DNA from: Tepidiphilus sp. J10 | GTDB taxonomy: Bacteria > Pseudomonadota > Gammaproteobacteria > Burkholderiales > Thiobacillaceae | Assembly (NCBI GenBank): GCA_945897865.1 | Contig: CAMDHJ010000002.1 | Span: 1,900 to 65,899 of the forward strand | DNA: 64,000 bases | Direction of reading: 5' to 3' | Shown: one piece after another, positions 51,201 to 60,950 of the stretch | Layout of the letters: every line of letters starts with the position of its first letter | Numbering within the stretch: position 1 is the stretch's first letter | Made by a program: the position numbers and the translations under genes | The notes under the pieces: generated by a model | Seen by the model: only the letters and a program-made list of their open reading frames with translations | Told to the model about the DNA's origin: nothing | Database searches by the model: none

Positions 51201-51220
51201 CACCGGCGCAAGCCGGTGTC
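51201..51220 (+). other. perfect 8-bp stem / GCAA tetraloop hairpin 6 nt after the ftsA stop
   Basis: The sequence is acaccggc gcaa gccggtgt, with no U-tract. Confidence 0.4.
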
Positions 51221-51236
51221 CAGTCGGTTGATCGGC

Positions 51237-51265
51237 TGGATTCCGGCCTACGCCGGAATGACCCA
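51237..51265. repeat. REP-type hairpin (GGATTCCGGC-ctac-GCCGGAATGAC), same family as the pair inside the 4892-5036 element
   Basis: Read directly as ctggattccggcctacgccggaatgaccc. Compare ggattcccgcattcgcgggaatgac at 4983-5007. Confidence 0.6.
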
Positions 51266-51337
51266 GGTTTTTCTTGAATACCGGGGTGGGCTCGGTGTTT
51301 TTTCGCTGTACATGTGTCACTGAAGGAGGGATGGAAA

Positions 51338-52522
51338 ATGCTATTTGAACTGGAAGATATGCAAAGTCAGGATGCCGTGATCAAGGTCATCGGTGTCGGC
51401 GGTTGTGGCGGCAACGCAGTCGATCACATGATCAATCGTGGCATGACCGGGGTGGAGTTCATCACCATCAATACCGATGCACAGGCGCTGCGCCGCAACA
51501 AGGCCGCAGTGCAATTGCAGATCGGCAATTCGGCAACCAAGGGTCTTGGCGCTGGTGGCAAATGGGAAGTCGGCCGTGAAGCGGCGCTGGAAGATCGCGA
51601 GCGCATCGCGGAACTGATCGACGGCGCCGACATGCTGTTCATCGCCGCCGGCATGGGCGGCGGCACCGGTACCGGCGCAGCACCCGTGGTGGCGGAAGTG
51701 GCGAAGGATCTCGGCATTCTGGCGGTGGCTGTGGTGACCAAGCCATTCAGTTTCGAAGGCAAGCGCATGCGCTCCGCCGAAACCGGCCTGAAATCCTTGT
51801 CGGAGCATGTCGACAGCCTGATCGTGATCCCGAACGAGAAGCTGATCGCAGTCATGGGCGGCAACGCCAAGCTGACTGATGCCTTCATCGCCGCCAACGA
51901 CGTGTTGCACAACGCGGTGTCCGGCATTTCCGAGATCATCAGCAAACCGGGCATGATCAACGTCGACTTCGCCGATGTGAAGACGGTGATGAGCGAGATC
52001 GGCATGGCAATGATGGGTTCCGCCGATGCCAGCGGCGAAGATCGCGCCCGGGCAGCCGCCGAAGCCGCCGTCGCCAGCCCGTTGCTGGAGAACGTCGACC
52101 TCAAGGGTGCGCGCGGCGTGCTGGTCAACATCACTTCCGATGACAGCCTGACGATGCAGGAATACTACGAGGTGATGAATACCATCCAGAGCTTCGCCGC
52201 CGAGGAAGCCACTGTGATTGTCGGTACCTCGTTCGACGAAGCGATGGGCTCCAGTCTGCGCGTCACCATGGTCGCAACTGGCCTGGGAAATCCGGTACGC
52301 AGCGCTGCCAAACCGCCGATCATCCGCATCGTTGAGCCAATCCAGACCCAGATGACCGGCACGGACGGCCCGACCGGCTTTGGTGGTTATGACGCCAACG
52401 GTAACTACGACACGCCGACCGCCATTCGTTCACGCCGCAATCAGGCAGCCGTCGAGATGGCGCAAAGCGCGGGCATCGAGGCGCTGGACATTCCGGCTTT
52501 CCTGCGCAAGCAGGCGGATTGA
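51338..52522 (+). CDS. ftsZ: cell division protein FtsZ
   Basis: Tubulin signature GGGTGTGAAPVVA. The ATG at 51338 is preceded by GAAGGAGGG. Confidence 0.97.
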   Translation: MLFELEDMQSQDAVIKVIGVGGCGGNAVDHMINRGMTGVEFITINTDAQALRRNKAAVQLQIGNSATKGLGAGGKWEVGREAALEDRERIAELIDGADMLFIAAGMGGGTGTGAAPVVAEVAKDLGILAVAVVTKPFSFEGKRMRSAETGLKSLSEHVDSLIVIPNEKLIAVMGGNAKLTDAFIAANDVLHNAVSGISEIISKPGMINVDFADVKTVMSEIGMAMMGSADASGEDRARAAAEAAVASPLLENVDLKGARGVLVNITSDDSLTMQEYYEVMNTIQSFAAEEATVIVGTSFDEAMGSSLRVTMVATGLGNPVRSAAKPPIIRIVEPIQTQMTGTDGPTGFGGYDANGNYDTPTAIRSRRNQAAVEMAQSAGIEALDIPAFLRKQAD

Positions 52523-52684
52523 TCCGACTGCATGCTGGCTCGTTGAGGCAACATTCATCTCGGCCTGTCGCTACACTGCCACGTCGCTGCAGATGCTTGA
52601 CCGGGAACGATTCCGGGCGGATTCCCCTCCTTTCCGCCCGGGATAGAATTCCATATTCTTCAATGGGTTAGCAGAAACAGAATC

Positions 52685-53611
52685 ATGATCGCGCAACGTA
52701 CAGTCAAAACCCAGATTCGCACTACCGGCGTCGGCCTGCATACCGGCGAGCGGGTGAATCTGACGCTGCGCCCGGCGCCGCCGGAAACCGGTATTGTGTT
52801 TCGTCGCATTGACCTACCCGCGCCAGCCGATTTCCTGGTTGCACCGGAAAGGGTCACCGATACCCGTCTCTGCTCGGCGCTCGAAGGCAATGGTGCCAAA
52901 GTTGCTACGGTGGAACATCTGATGTCGGCACTGGCCGGACTCGGCATCGACAACGTATTCATCGACATCGACGGTCCAGAAGTCCCCATCCTGGATGGCT
53001 CTGCCGCGCCCTGGGTTTATCTGGTGCAAGCGGCCGGGATTGAAACCCTGAACGCCCCAAAGCGTTTCATGCGCGTGCTGAAAACGGTGCGCATCGAAGA
53101 GGGTGAAGGCGCCAATCACAAGTGGGCGCAATTCGACCCGCTCGAAGGTTGCACGCTGTCGTTCAGCATCGACTTCGACCACCCGGTATTCCGCAATTCG
53201 GCAAAGGAAATGCACATCGACCTCAGCCGCGAGTCCTACGTCAAGGAAGTCAGCCGGGCGCGTACATTCGGCTTCATGAATGAAGTGGAATATCTGCGCA
53301 GCAAAGGTCTGGCGCTTGGCGGTACGCTGGATAACGCCATCGTGATGGACGAATTCCGCGTCCTCAACAACGACGGCCTGCGTTATGCCGATGAGTTCGT
53401 CAAACACAAGGTGCTGGACGCGGTGGGCGATCTTTACCTGACCGGCCATCCGATACTCGGTGCCTTCACCGCCTACAAATCCGGCCACGGCCTCAACAAC
53501 CGCCTGCTGCGCGCACTGACTGAGGATGCCAGCGCCTGGGAATGGGCGGTATTCGAGACTGACGCCAAAACCCCGCCCGCGCTGCTGCGGCTGTACCCGC
53601 AGACCATCTGA
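52685..53611 (+). CDS. lpxC: UDP-3-O-acyl-N-acetylglucosamine deacetylase
   Basis: [32 protein letters not shown] and the Zn-site motif [12 protein letters not shown]. Confidence 0.95.
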   Translation: MIAQRTVKTQIRTTGVGLHTGERVNLTLRPAPPETGIVFRRIDLPAPADFLVAPERVTDTRLCSALEGNGAKVATVEHLMSALAGLGIDNVFIDIDGPEVPILDGSAAPWVYLVQAAGIETLNAPKRFMRVLKTVRIEEGEGANHKWAQFDPLEGCTLSFSIDFDHPVFRNSAKEMHIDLSRESYVKEVSRARTFGFMNEVEYLRSKGLALGGTLDNAIVMDEFRVLNNDGLRYADEFVKHKVLDAVGDLYLTGHPILGAFTAYKSGHGLNNRLLRALTEDASAWEWAVFETDAKTPPALLRLYPQTI

Positions 53612-53796
53612 TGCTGGCGATCCGAATATTTCTGATCATCATTGGCGGCGTGCTGATCTTCAGCCTGTTGGGCTACGCCTTGACCCGGGATTCGCGCTGG
53701 CTCAAATTCGCGGGAATCGGCTTGAAAGCCGGTTTCGCACTGATCGGGCTGCTGTTGTTGGTGTTACTGTTGGAACGTTTGCTTCTGGTGGTTTGA
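53611..53796 (+). CDS. small two-TM membrane protein (61 aa)
   Basis: The start overlaps the lpxC stop (TGATG). There are two hydrophobic helices. I recognise no family. Confidence 0.4.
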   Translation: MLAIRIFLIIIGGVLIFSLLGYALTRDSRWLKFAGIGLKAGFALIGLLLLVLLLERLLLVV

Positions 53797-53893
53797 GCCC
53801 ATACGACGCAGGGATGCGGAAATTGATATGAAACCTGCCGGCTACTTTCGACTTCAACAAGTCGGATGATTCAACCGGCTACAGGACAGCCCT

Positions 53894-55534
53894 ATGCTTG
53901 AAGATTACAACCTGCGCGCACTGGTCGTGGATGATTTGGCGTCGATGCGTTCGATGATGAAATCGCAACTCACCAGCTTGGGGGTCAGCCGGGTCTCCGA
54001 AGCACCGAATGCCGCCGTCGCTATCAACAAGATGCGCGCCGAAAAGTTCGACCTGGTTCTGCTCGATTACTACCTGGGTGACGCGACCGACGGGCAGCAA
54101 TTGCTCGAACTGATCCGCAACGAAAATCTGATTGCCAGCAGTTCGCTGGCCGTCATGGTGACCGGAGAAACCAATTACGGCTCGGTGGCAAAGGTTGCCG
54201 AGCACGCACCGGACGCCTACCTGCTGAAGCCGTTCACCGCAGACAAACTGTATGACCACTTGCTGCCGGTGATAGAGCGCAAGCTGGGCATACGGCAACC
54301 ATCCAAAAAAACGCCTGGCCTGAAACCGATCTACGATCAATACGATGCCGGACATTTTGAAGCCGTGATCGCACTGGTTGACGCCTACTCCGAGCGCGAA
54401 GGCCTGCACGCCGATACCGCGCGATTGAAAGGCGATGCCCTGATCCAGATGGGCGATTATGTGAAAGCGTTGAAGCACTACAAGCGCCTGCAGAGCCATT
54501 TCTCATGGGCCGCACTCGGCGTCGCCCGTGTTCAGGCGCACCTGCACCACACCGAAGCGGCAATGGCGACGCTGGAAAAACTGGTCGCAGAAGCCCCTCA
54601 CTACATGCATGCCATCGACATGCTGGCCGAGACCTATGTAGCTGCCGATCAGCCGGAAAAGGCCCTGACCATCCTGGAAAAAGCCTGCGCCAATTCGCCG
54701 ACAGTCAACCGTATGCGGGCTACCGCGCGAATCGCCGAAAGGGTTGAGGATGACAACCGTGCCGTGCAATGGGCTTGCAAGGTGGTCGAAGCCAATAAAT
54801 TCGCTGTCGCGCAGGATTTTACCGATCACGCCCGGCTGGTGCGCGGGCTGGTGAAAACGGGACAACTCGATAAAGCGACTGCCGCCGTTGTGCGGTTTGA
54901 AAGTGAGGTTCCTCTGGCCAAGCAATCGGCCAGCATTCAGGCCAGTAAAGGCTATGTCCTGGCGAAACAGATCGAGAAGGACAAAGCTGAACTGGCCTCC
55001 ATGCCAGAGGGCATCAAATCTCGCCGCCTGCCCTTGTTGGCCGAAAAGGAAGCGCGCCTGGAGAGCATCGTCAACTCGCTTTCCAGTATTGAGCACAGCA
55101 CAAAGGAAGGCATGTTCATCAGCGAGGTCTTCATCGCCTCCGGACACGATGAAAAAGCAATTGAAACGGCATCCACCGCGATGGCGCATGGAGAAATGAT
55201 GCCGGTCCTGGGTGATGCCGCTTGGCAGGAAGCCGTCAAAACCCAGGCCGTAGCAAAAACCAGGGCGCGCATTCTGGATGGTCTGAATCTGCTGCGCGCC
55301 AACAAGACCAAGGAAGCACTGATCCTGTTCATGGAATTGGTCGAACACACACCGCCAGACCTCACCCCGCAATTGCTGGCCAACGTGGTCACCACAGTCA
55401 TTGCACTGAAACACAAAGGCCAGAACGTCAACGAATTCATGCCGGCGGCCCGCGTCGCATTGGAAAGGCTGAAGGATAAATATCCCAACTACGAAAGGCT
55501 TCCCGGCCTGATCGAATCGTTTGGCGATAGTTGA
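53894..55534 (+). CDS. response regulator receiver domain fused to a long helical (TPR-like) domain
   Basis: REC motifs ALVVDDLASMR, DLVLLDYYLGD (phospho-acceptor Asp) and LLKPF. The remaining roughly 420 aa are alpha-helical repeats with no DNA-binding or enzymatic motif seen. Confidence 0.75.
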   Translation: MLEDYNLRALVVDDLASMRSMMKSQLTSLGVSRVSEAPNAAVAINKMRAEKFDLVLLDYYLGDATDGQQLLELIRNENLIASSSLAVMVTGETNYGSVAKVAEHAPDAYLLKPFTADKLYDHLLPVIERKLGIRQPSKKTPGLKPIYDQYDAGHFEAVIALVDAYSEREGLHADTARLKGDALIQMGDYVKALKHYKRLQSHFSWAALGVARVQAHLHHTEAAMATLEKLVAEAPHYMHAIDMLAETYVAADQPEKALTILEKACANSPTVNRMRATARIAERVEDDNRAVQWACKVVEANKFAVAQDFTDHARLVRGLVKTGQLDKATAAVVRFESEVPLAKQSASIQASKGYVLAKQIEKDKAELASMPEGIKSRRLPLLAEKEARLESIVNSLSSIEHSTKEGMFISEVFIASGHDEKAIETASTAMAHGEMMPVLGDAAWQEAVKTQAVAKTRARILDGLNLLRANKTKEALILFMELVEHTPPDLTPQLLANVVTTVIALKHKGQNVNEFMPAARVALERLKDKYPNYERLPGLIESFGDS

Positions 55535-55577
55535 GTACCCGACGAATCCGTCGTTCAGCCCAGAGTGAAATTGCGCA

Positions 55578-55835
55578 ATGGATGATTTGAACAATCTCGC
55601 ATCACTTGGTCTCACCCTGCCAAGCCCGGCTTATTTGTTTGGCCTCATCCTGTTCGGATTGATCGGTATCGCGGCCTATCGATACGGCGCCAAGGCGGCA
55701 CTTGCCAAACCCAAGTGGATCGGCATCAGCATGATGCTCTATCCCTACGCGGTAACGCAGACCTGGCTGTTGTATGCCGTCGGGAGCGGCTTGTGTGTCG
55801 CGTTGTATATCTATCGGAAACCGCCGCCACAATAA
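55578..55835 (+). CDS. small membrane protein (85 aa, 2-3 TM)
   Basis: The hydrophobic segments are YLFGLILFGLIGIAAY and TWLLYAVGSGLCVALYIY. There is no family call. Confidence 0.4.
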   Translation: MDDLNNLASLGLTLPSPAYLFGLILFGLIGIAAYRYGAKAALAKPKWIGISMMLYPYAVTQTWLLYAVGSGLCVALYIYRKPPPQ

Positions 55836-56078
55836 GGCGAATGCGGTTCACGATCGCGAATCCAATCCAGCTAGCCCGGATATTTCATGAATACTCGCGC
55901 GCCCTCGCTGGTCCCGCTGTTTCCTTATCCGCACTGGAAAGTCTTGCTCAGTCGGGCGTATGAATAACTACGCCGCTCCTTCGCAAGACTCCCAGTGCAA
56001 ACAAAGTCCTGCGCGATCATCACGCGAATTCATGAAACATCCGGGCTAAAATTCCGCATCTTCCCGCAGGCGAATTCC

Positions 56079-56984
56079 ATGCATACCGAGCGCGTTAAAG
56101 AGTTTCTTCTTGAATTACAACAACTCATCGTCGAACGCATGCAGCAGATCGATGGCAAACCCTTTCGCCGCGATGGCTGGGAAAGGCCGGAAGGCGGCGG
56201 CGGGCTTTCCTGCCTGGTTGAGGATGGCGATGTGCTGGAACGCGGCGGGGTGAATTTCTCGCATGTCAAAGGCGACAAACTACCTCCTTCCGCCTCCGCG
56301 CATCGGCCGGAACTCGCCGGCCGCCAGTGGGAGGCGATGGGCGTTTCTCTGGTGATGCATCCGCGTAATCCGTATGCCCCCACTGTGCACATGAACGTGC
56401 GTTACTTTGTAGCGGAAAAACCGGGCGAAGAACCGGTCTGGTGGTTTGGCGGCGGCATGGACTTGACGCCGTATTACGGTTTTGAAGAGGACGCCACGCA
56501 TTTCCACAGCATGTGCAAACGTGCACTCGATCCATTCAACACCGATTACTACCCACGCTTCAAACAATGGTGCGACGAGTATTTCTACCTCAAACATCGC
56601 AAAGAACCGCGCGGCATTGGCGGCATCTTCTTTGATGACTTGTCGGCAGGCGGGTTTGAGCACTGCTTCAATCTGATCGAATCGGTCGGAGATCATTTCC
56701 TGGCCGCCTATGCGCCTATCCTGCAGCGCCGCGCCGGCATGCATTACGGAGAACGGGAACGTGATTTCCAGGCTTATCGACGTGGCCGCTATGTCGAATT
56801 CAACCTCGTTTTCGACCGTGGCACCCTGTTCGGACTGCAGTCCGGCGGCCGCACCGAATCCATCCTGATGTCGATGCCGCCAATCGTCAAATGGCGTTAT
56901 GACTGGCATCCGGAGCCAGACAGCGAGGAAGCGCGGCTGTACTCCGACTTTCTGCGCCCGCGCGACTGGCTTGGGTTGGCGTAA
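56079..56984 (+). CDS. hemF: oxygen-dependent coproporphyrinogen III oxidase
   Basis: [37 protein letters not shown] and [12 protein letters not shown] are HemF motifs. The start is taken at MHTERVKEF, giving 301 aa. Confidence 0.9.
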   Translation: MHTERVKEFLLELQQLIVERMQQIDGKPFRRDGWERPEGGGGLSCLVEDGDVLERGGVNFSHVKGDKLPPSASAHRPELAGRQWEAMGVSLVMHPRNPYAPTVHMNVRYFVAEKPGEEPVWWFGGGMDLTPYYGFEEDATHFHSMCKRALDPFNTDYYPRFKQWCDEYFYLKHRKEPRGIGGIFFDDLSAGGFEHCFNLIESVGDHFLAAYAPILQRRAGMHYGERERDFQAYRRGRYVEFNLVFDRGTLFGLQSGGRTESILMSMPPIVKWRYDWHPEPDSEEARLYSDFLRPRDWLGLA

Positions 56985-57046
56985 ACCGTTAGCCCGTGTT
57001 GGCAGACTGAGAAGGCTGCTGTCTCTTTTGAAAAACGATAACAAAC

Positions 57047-60000
57047 ATGCCTGATTTGACGCCTGATTCGAAGCCGGAATCGAAGCCGGAATCCAAGTTG
57101 CGCCCACTCGACACCAGCAAACTGCCCCCAAAACGACCGCAACGCCGCCCCTGGCTGTGGGCTTTTCTGGTTTTTCTGTTAATGGTTGGCGCGGCGATCG
57201 CGGCGTATGAGCTGATCGCCTCACCATTTCAGGCCATGTTATTGGCCGGCTATGGCAAAAAACTCACATTCCAGAGTGAAGTCGGCGAAAGCAGTAACCT
57301 GCGCACACCGACTGCCGGGCCATATGACATTCGCCTCGGCTATGTCGGCTTACCGATCTATATCCAGCGTTTGAAGGATCAGGGCTTCGAAGTCACCCAG
57401 CAGGCACGCATCTCGGCCGATATGGCGCGGATCGATGATTTCGGCCTCTTCCTGCCCTACAAGGAAAAATCGGTAGCCGGCTTGACCCTGTTCGATTGTC
57501 GTGGCGACGTTCTGTTTGACAGCCCGCATCCGCGCTATACCTATGCCGATTTCAAAACGGTACCGGCGGTAGTGGCCAATACCCTGCTGTTCATTGAAAA
57601 CCGTGAATTGCTTGACCCGAATCACCCACAGCGCAACCCGGCGGTGGAGTGGGACCGGTTGGCCGCTGCGGTGCTGGAAAAAATGCTGAAAACCATCGAC
57701 CCATCGCGCAATGTGCCAGGGGGATCGACGCTGGCGACGCAAATCGAGAAATACCGCCATTCCCCCGATGGCCTCACCATGACCGCCAGCGACAAACTGC
57801 GTCAGATGGCATCCGCCTCACTGCGGGCATACCTTGATGGCGAAGACACGCGTGAGAACCGACGCCGCATTGTGCTGGATTACCTGAATACCGTGCCGCT
57901 TGCTGCGGCCCCCGGGTATGGCGAGGTCAACGGCATCGGCGACGGCCTGCACGCCTGGTTCCGGATCGACTTCGAGCAGGCCAACCGTCTGCTCATGTCG
58001 CCGCAACCAACTCCCGCCGCCGCACGTGCCTTCAAGCATGTGCTTGCGCTACTGATTTCACAGCGCAAGCCATCGTATTACCTGCTTGCCGGCCGCAAAG
58101 AACTCAATGCCGTCGCTGATTCGCACTTGCGGCTCCTGGCCGAAGCCAAAGTAATCACCCCGGCTTTCCGAGATGCGGCAATCCGCGAACAGGTCGCTTT
58201 TCATCAAAACGGCAAGAAGAAGAACACCAGCACACAGTTTGCCGAGAACAAAGCGTCCAACACCCTGCGCGCGGAATTGTCCAGTCGGCTCGGGGTGGAA
58301 CGCTTGTACGACCTTGACCGCCTCGACATCAACGCAACTTCAACGTTACATGCCCCGACGCAACGCGCGGTATCGTCCTTCCTGCGACGACTCTCGGATC
58401 CCATCGTGGTCGAGGCAGCGGGTCTCTACGGTCAATACCTGCTGCACCCCGACAACGACCTGAGCAAACCCATTTACAGCTTCACCTTGTACGAGAACAC
58501 CGAGGATGGCGCACTGTTGCGGGTGCAGGCCGACAACCTGAATCAGCCGTTCGACATCAACAAGGGCGCCAAGCTCGATATGGGCTCTTCGGCAAAACTG
58601 CGTACCCTGATCACCTACCTGCAACTGGTCGAGGAACTACATCACCAGTACGCCGGCATGAGTCAGGCCAAACTGCAGAAAGTCAAAATCGCGGAGAAAG
58701 ACCTGCTACTGCAATGGGCGATCGGCTATCTCGCCAATGCGCAGGACAAATCGCTGCGCCCCATGCTGGACGCGGCCATGGCACGATCCTATTCAGCCAA
58801 CCCGGAAGAATCTTTCTTTACCGGTGGTGGCGTACATCGTTTCAATAATTTCAACCACGATGACGACCATAAAGTCATGAATATGTGGGAAGCCACCCGC
58901 AACTCGGTCAACCTGCCATTCATCCGCTTGATGCGCGACATAATTCGCCACTTCATCTACCGCGACCCCAAGGGCGCCGCACAGATTCTGGCCGACCCGA
59001 AAGATCCGCGCCGCAGCGTCTACCTGAAACAGTTTGCCGATAAGGAAGGCAAGGCATACCTGTCGCGCTTCATCAAAAAATACAAAGGCCTGAAAGCGGA
59101 AGAAACTTCCGCCGCCATGCTCAACCATCTGACCGCGAATCCGAAGCGGCTGGCGGCGGTGTATCGCTACCTTGATCCGAAAGCAGATATCTCGACATTC
59201 ACCGCCTTCATCAAGAGCCGTATGAACAACCCGGCCTCATTTGACGAAAGCGATTTCCAGTATCTGTACGAAACCTACGGCCCGGATAAATTCGATCTCT
59301 CCGATCGGGGCTACATTGCCCAGATTCACCCGCTCGAACTCTGGCTGGTTGGTTATTTGCGCGCCAATCCAAGCGCCGGCTGGAGTCAGATCGTTGATGC
59401 CAGCGGCAAGGAACGCATTGATGTTTACAACTGGCTGATCAATACCAGCCACAAGAATGCGCAAGATATTCGCATTCTGTCGCGACTGGAAATCGAAGCA
59501 TTCGAGGTATTACACAAGCGCTGGCGTCGATTAGGCTACCCGTTCGGCAGCCTGGTTCCGTCCTACGCCACAGCCATCGGCTCCTCCGCTGACCGCCCCG
59601 CCGCACTGGCCGAAATGATGGGGGTGATTGCGAATGACGGCGACAAGCTGCCGCCGATCTCCCTGACCCACATCGAGTTCGCCACCAATACGCCCTACCA
59701 CAGCGTGTTGAAACGCAAGCGACCGCAGGCAGAGTCGATTTTTGTACCTGAAATTGCGCACGTCATTAAAAAGGCGTTGGCCGATGTCGTGGAACAAGGA
59801 ACCGCCCGCCGTTTACGCGGCACCTTCATGCTGGCTGACGGCACACCACTGCCGATTGGCGGAAAAACCGGTACCGGTGACCATCGACTGGAGGTTTATG
59901 CCGCCAACGGTACAGTCATCGAATCCAAGGTGATGAATCGCACCGCAACCTTTGCGTTCTACCTGAGCACCCGTTTCTTCGGCGTGATGACCGTTTTCGT

Positions 60001-60493
60001 TCCCGGCGAGGCTGCGGCGGACTATCGCTTTACCAGCGGCATCGCGGTACAGATCGTGAAAGACATGGAACCCGCGCTACACCAACTGGTATTGGGAAAT
60101 GAAAAGCCAGATCCCAGCTGGAAGGAACTCGCCGAGGCTTTCGATGCGGATTCTGCGGAACCGTCAGGCAGCCCGCCGAAGGTTGGCCCACTGCCGCCCC
60201 CCGGTGCCCCACTCCCCGAAGCTGCCGCGTCAGCAGCGGCAAAACCGGTCGACGCGAGCAAAGCGGCGATCAAGCCAACGCCGAAAGCTCCCCCGAAAGG
60301 AAGCTCAACCACCACCCCGGCAACAAAAAAACACCCCATCGCTCCAGGCGAACCGCCACTGGCGCCACCACCACCACAGATCGACAAACCTGACCCCCCG
60401 CCCCCGCCAATCGCCCCACCACCTTCGGAAGAGCCAGTACCCGATCCCCGCTTTACCACCAAGGAAGGTGAAGGCTTCAACTTTTTACATTGA
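57047..60493 (+). CDS. atypical large bifunctional PBP-like protein (GT51-like transglycosylase + transpeptidase, Pro-rich tail)
   Basis: It has an N-terminal TM helix. GT51-like motifs are LLFIENRELLD, PGGSTLATQ and VLDYLNTVPL. Transpeptidase motifs are SxxK (MGSSAKL), SxN (NSVNLPF) and KTG (GGKTGTGDH). The C-terminal roughly 130 aa are P/A/K-rich. Total length is 1148 aa. Confidence 0.75.
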   Translation: MPDLTPDSKPESKPESKLRPLDTSKLPPKRPQRRPWLWAFLVFLLMVGAAIAAYELIASPFQAMLLAGYGKKLTFQSEVGESSNLRTPTAGPYDIRLGYVGLPIYIQRLKDQGFEVTQQARISADMARIDDFGLFLPYKEKSVAGLTLFDCRGDVLFDSPHPRYTYADFKTVPAVVANTLLFIENRELLDPNHPQRNPAVEWDRLAAAVLEKMLKTIDPSRNVPGGSTLATQIEKYRHSPDGLTMTASDKLRQMASASLRAYLDGEDTRENRRRIVLDYLNTVPLAAAPGYGEVNGIGDGLHAWFRIDFEQANRLLMSPQPTPAAARAFKHVLALLISQRKPSYYLLAGRKELNAVADSHLRLLAEAKVITPAFRDAAIREQVAFHQNGKKKNTSTQFAENKASNTLRAELSSRLGVERLYDLDRLDINATSTLHAPTQRAVSSFLRRLSDPIVVEAAGLYGQYLLHPDNDLSKPIYSFTLYENTEDGALLRVQADNLNQPFDINKGAKLDMGSSAKLRTLITYLQLVEELHHQYAGMSQAKLQKVKIAEKDLLLQWAIGYLANAQDKSLRPMLDAAMARSYSANPEESFFTGGGVHRFNNFNHDDDHKVMNMWEATRNSVNLPFIRLMRDIIRHFIYRDPKGAAQILADPKDPRRSVYLKQFADKEGKAYLSRFIKKYKGLKAEETSAAMLNHLTANPKRLAAVYRYLDPKADISTFTAFIKSRMNNPASFDESDFQYLYETYGPDKFDLSDRGYIAQIHPLELWLVGYLRANPSAGWSQIVDASGKERIDVYNWLINTSHKNAQDIRILSRLEIEAFEVLHKRWRRLGYPFGSLVPSYATAIGSSADRPAALAEMMGVIANDGDKLPPISLTHIEFATNTPYHSVLKRKRPQAESIFVPEIAHVIKKALADVVEQGTARRLRGTFMLADGTPLPIGGKTGTGDHRLEVYAANGTVIESKVMNRTATFAFYLSTRFFGVMTVFVPGEAAADYRFTSGIAVQIVKDMEPALHQLVLGNEKPDPSWKELAEAFDADSAEPSGSPPKVGPLPPPGAPLPEAAASAAAKPVDASKAAIKPTPKAPPKGSSTTTPATKKHPIAPGEPPLAPPPPQIDKPDPPPPPIAPPPSEEPVPDPRFTTKEGEGFNFLH

Positions 60494-60731
60494 CCACGAC
60501 AAATCAAATTTGAATGCCGGCAAACAAAAAGGGCATTGGCGTAAACCCGTTGAAATTTGGCGACAGATTATGGCGGCGCGACCTGCCTGCTTGGCTTTCA
60601 AACGTGAAACAGCAGTTGAATCCGTCCGAGGGCGGGTAGCGGGCTCACGCCTTTTGGCGAAGGTGATCGAAACCGCTAACGCTCATATGCATGGGACATT
60701 TCAAGGGTTTAGGAGCGATCAACAGAAGAAT

Positions 60732-60900
60732 CTAGGAGCCTGTCGAACTTAGGAATCGTCGGCTGCAAATCGACCGCACCGGTCCCTTTTTCTCCGGTTT
60801 CTTGCCCCATGGAACAACCATGCGGCGGCGAATCCGGCAAAAAACGGCCTCGGCGGGGTCGATTTTCGCTATCGACGACCAAAGTCCGACAGGCTCCTAG
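60732..60900. repeat. 169-bp long imperfect palindrome (about 50-bp arms) in a convergent intergenic region
   Basis: The left arm is ctaggagcctgtcgaacttaggaatcgtcggctgcaaatcgaccgcaccgg. The reverse complement of the right arm is ctaggagcctgtcggactttggtcgtcgatagcgaaaatcgaccccgccgg. The outer 14 bp are perfect. Confidence 0.6.
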
Positions 60901-60950
60901 GAGGCCGCTGTCCTATTCATTGCGGCCATTGGTGGTACTGAACCACACTT

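Noticed and set aside
60099-60752. 217-aa plus-strand ORF running from the PBP tail into the intergenic region.
   Set aside because: It is an out-of-frame reading of the Pro-rich tail (it becomes R/P/Q/K-rich) and continues through a non-coding spacer. No start context or motif is present.
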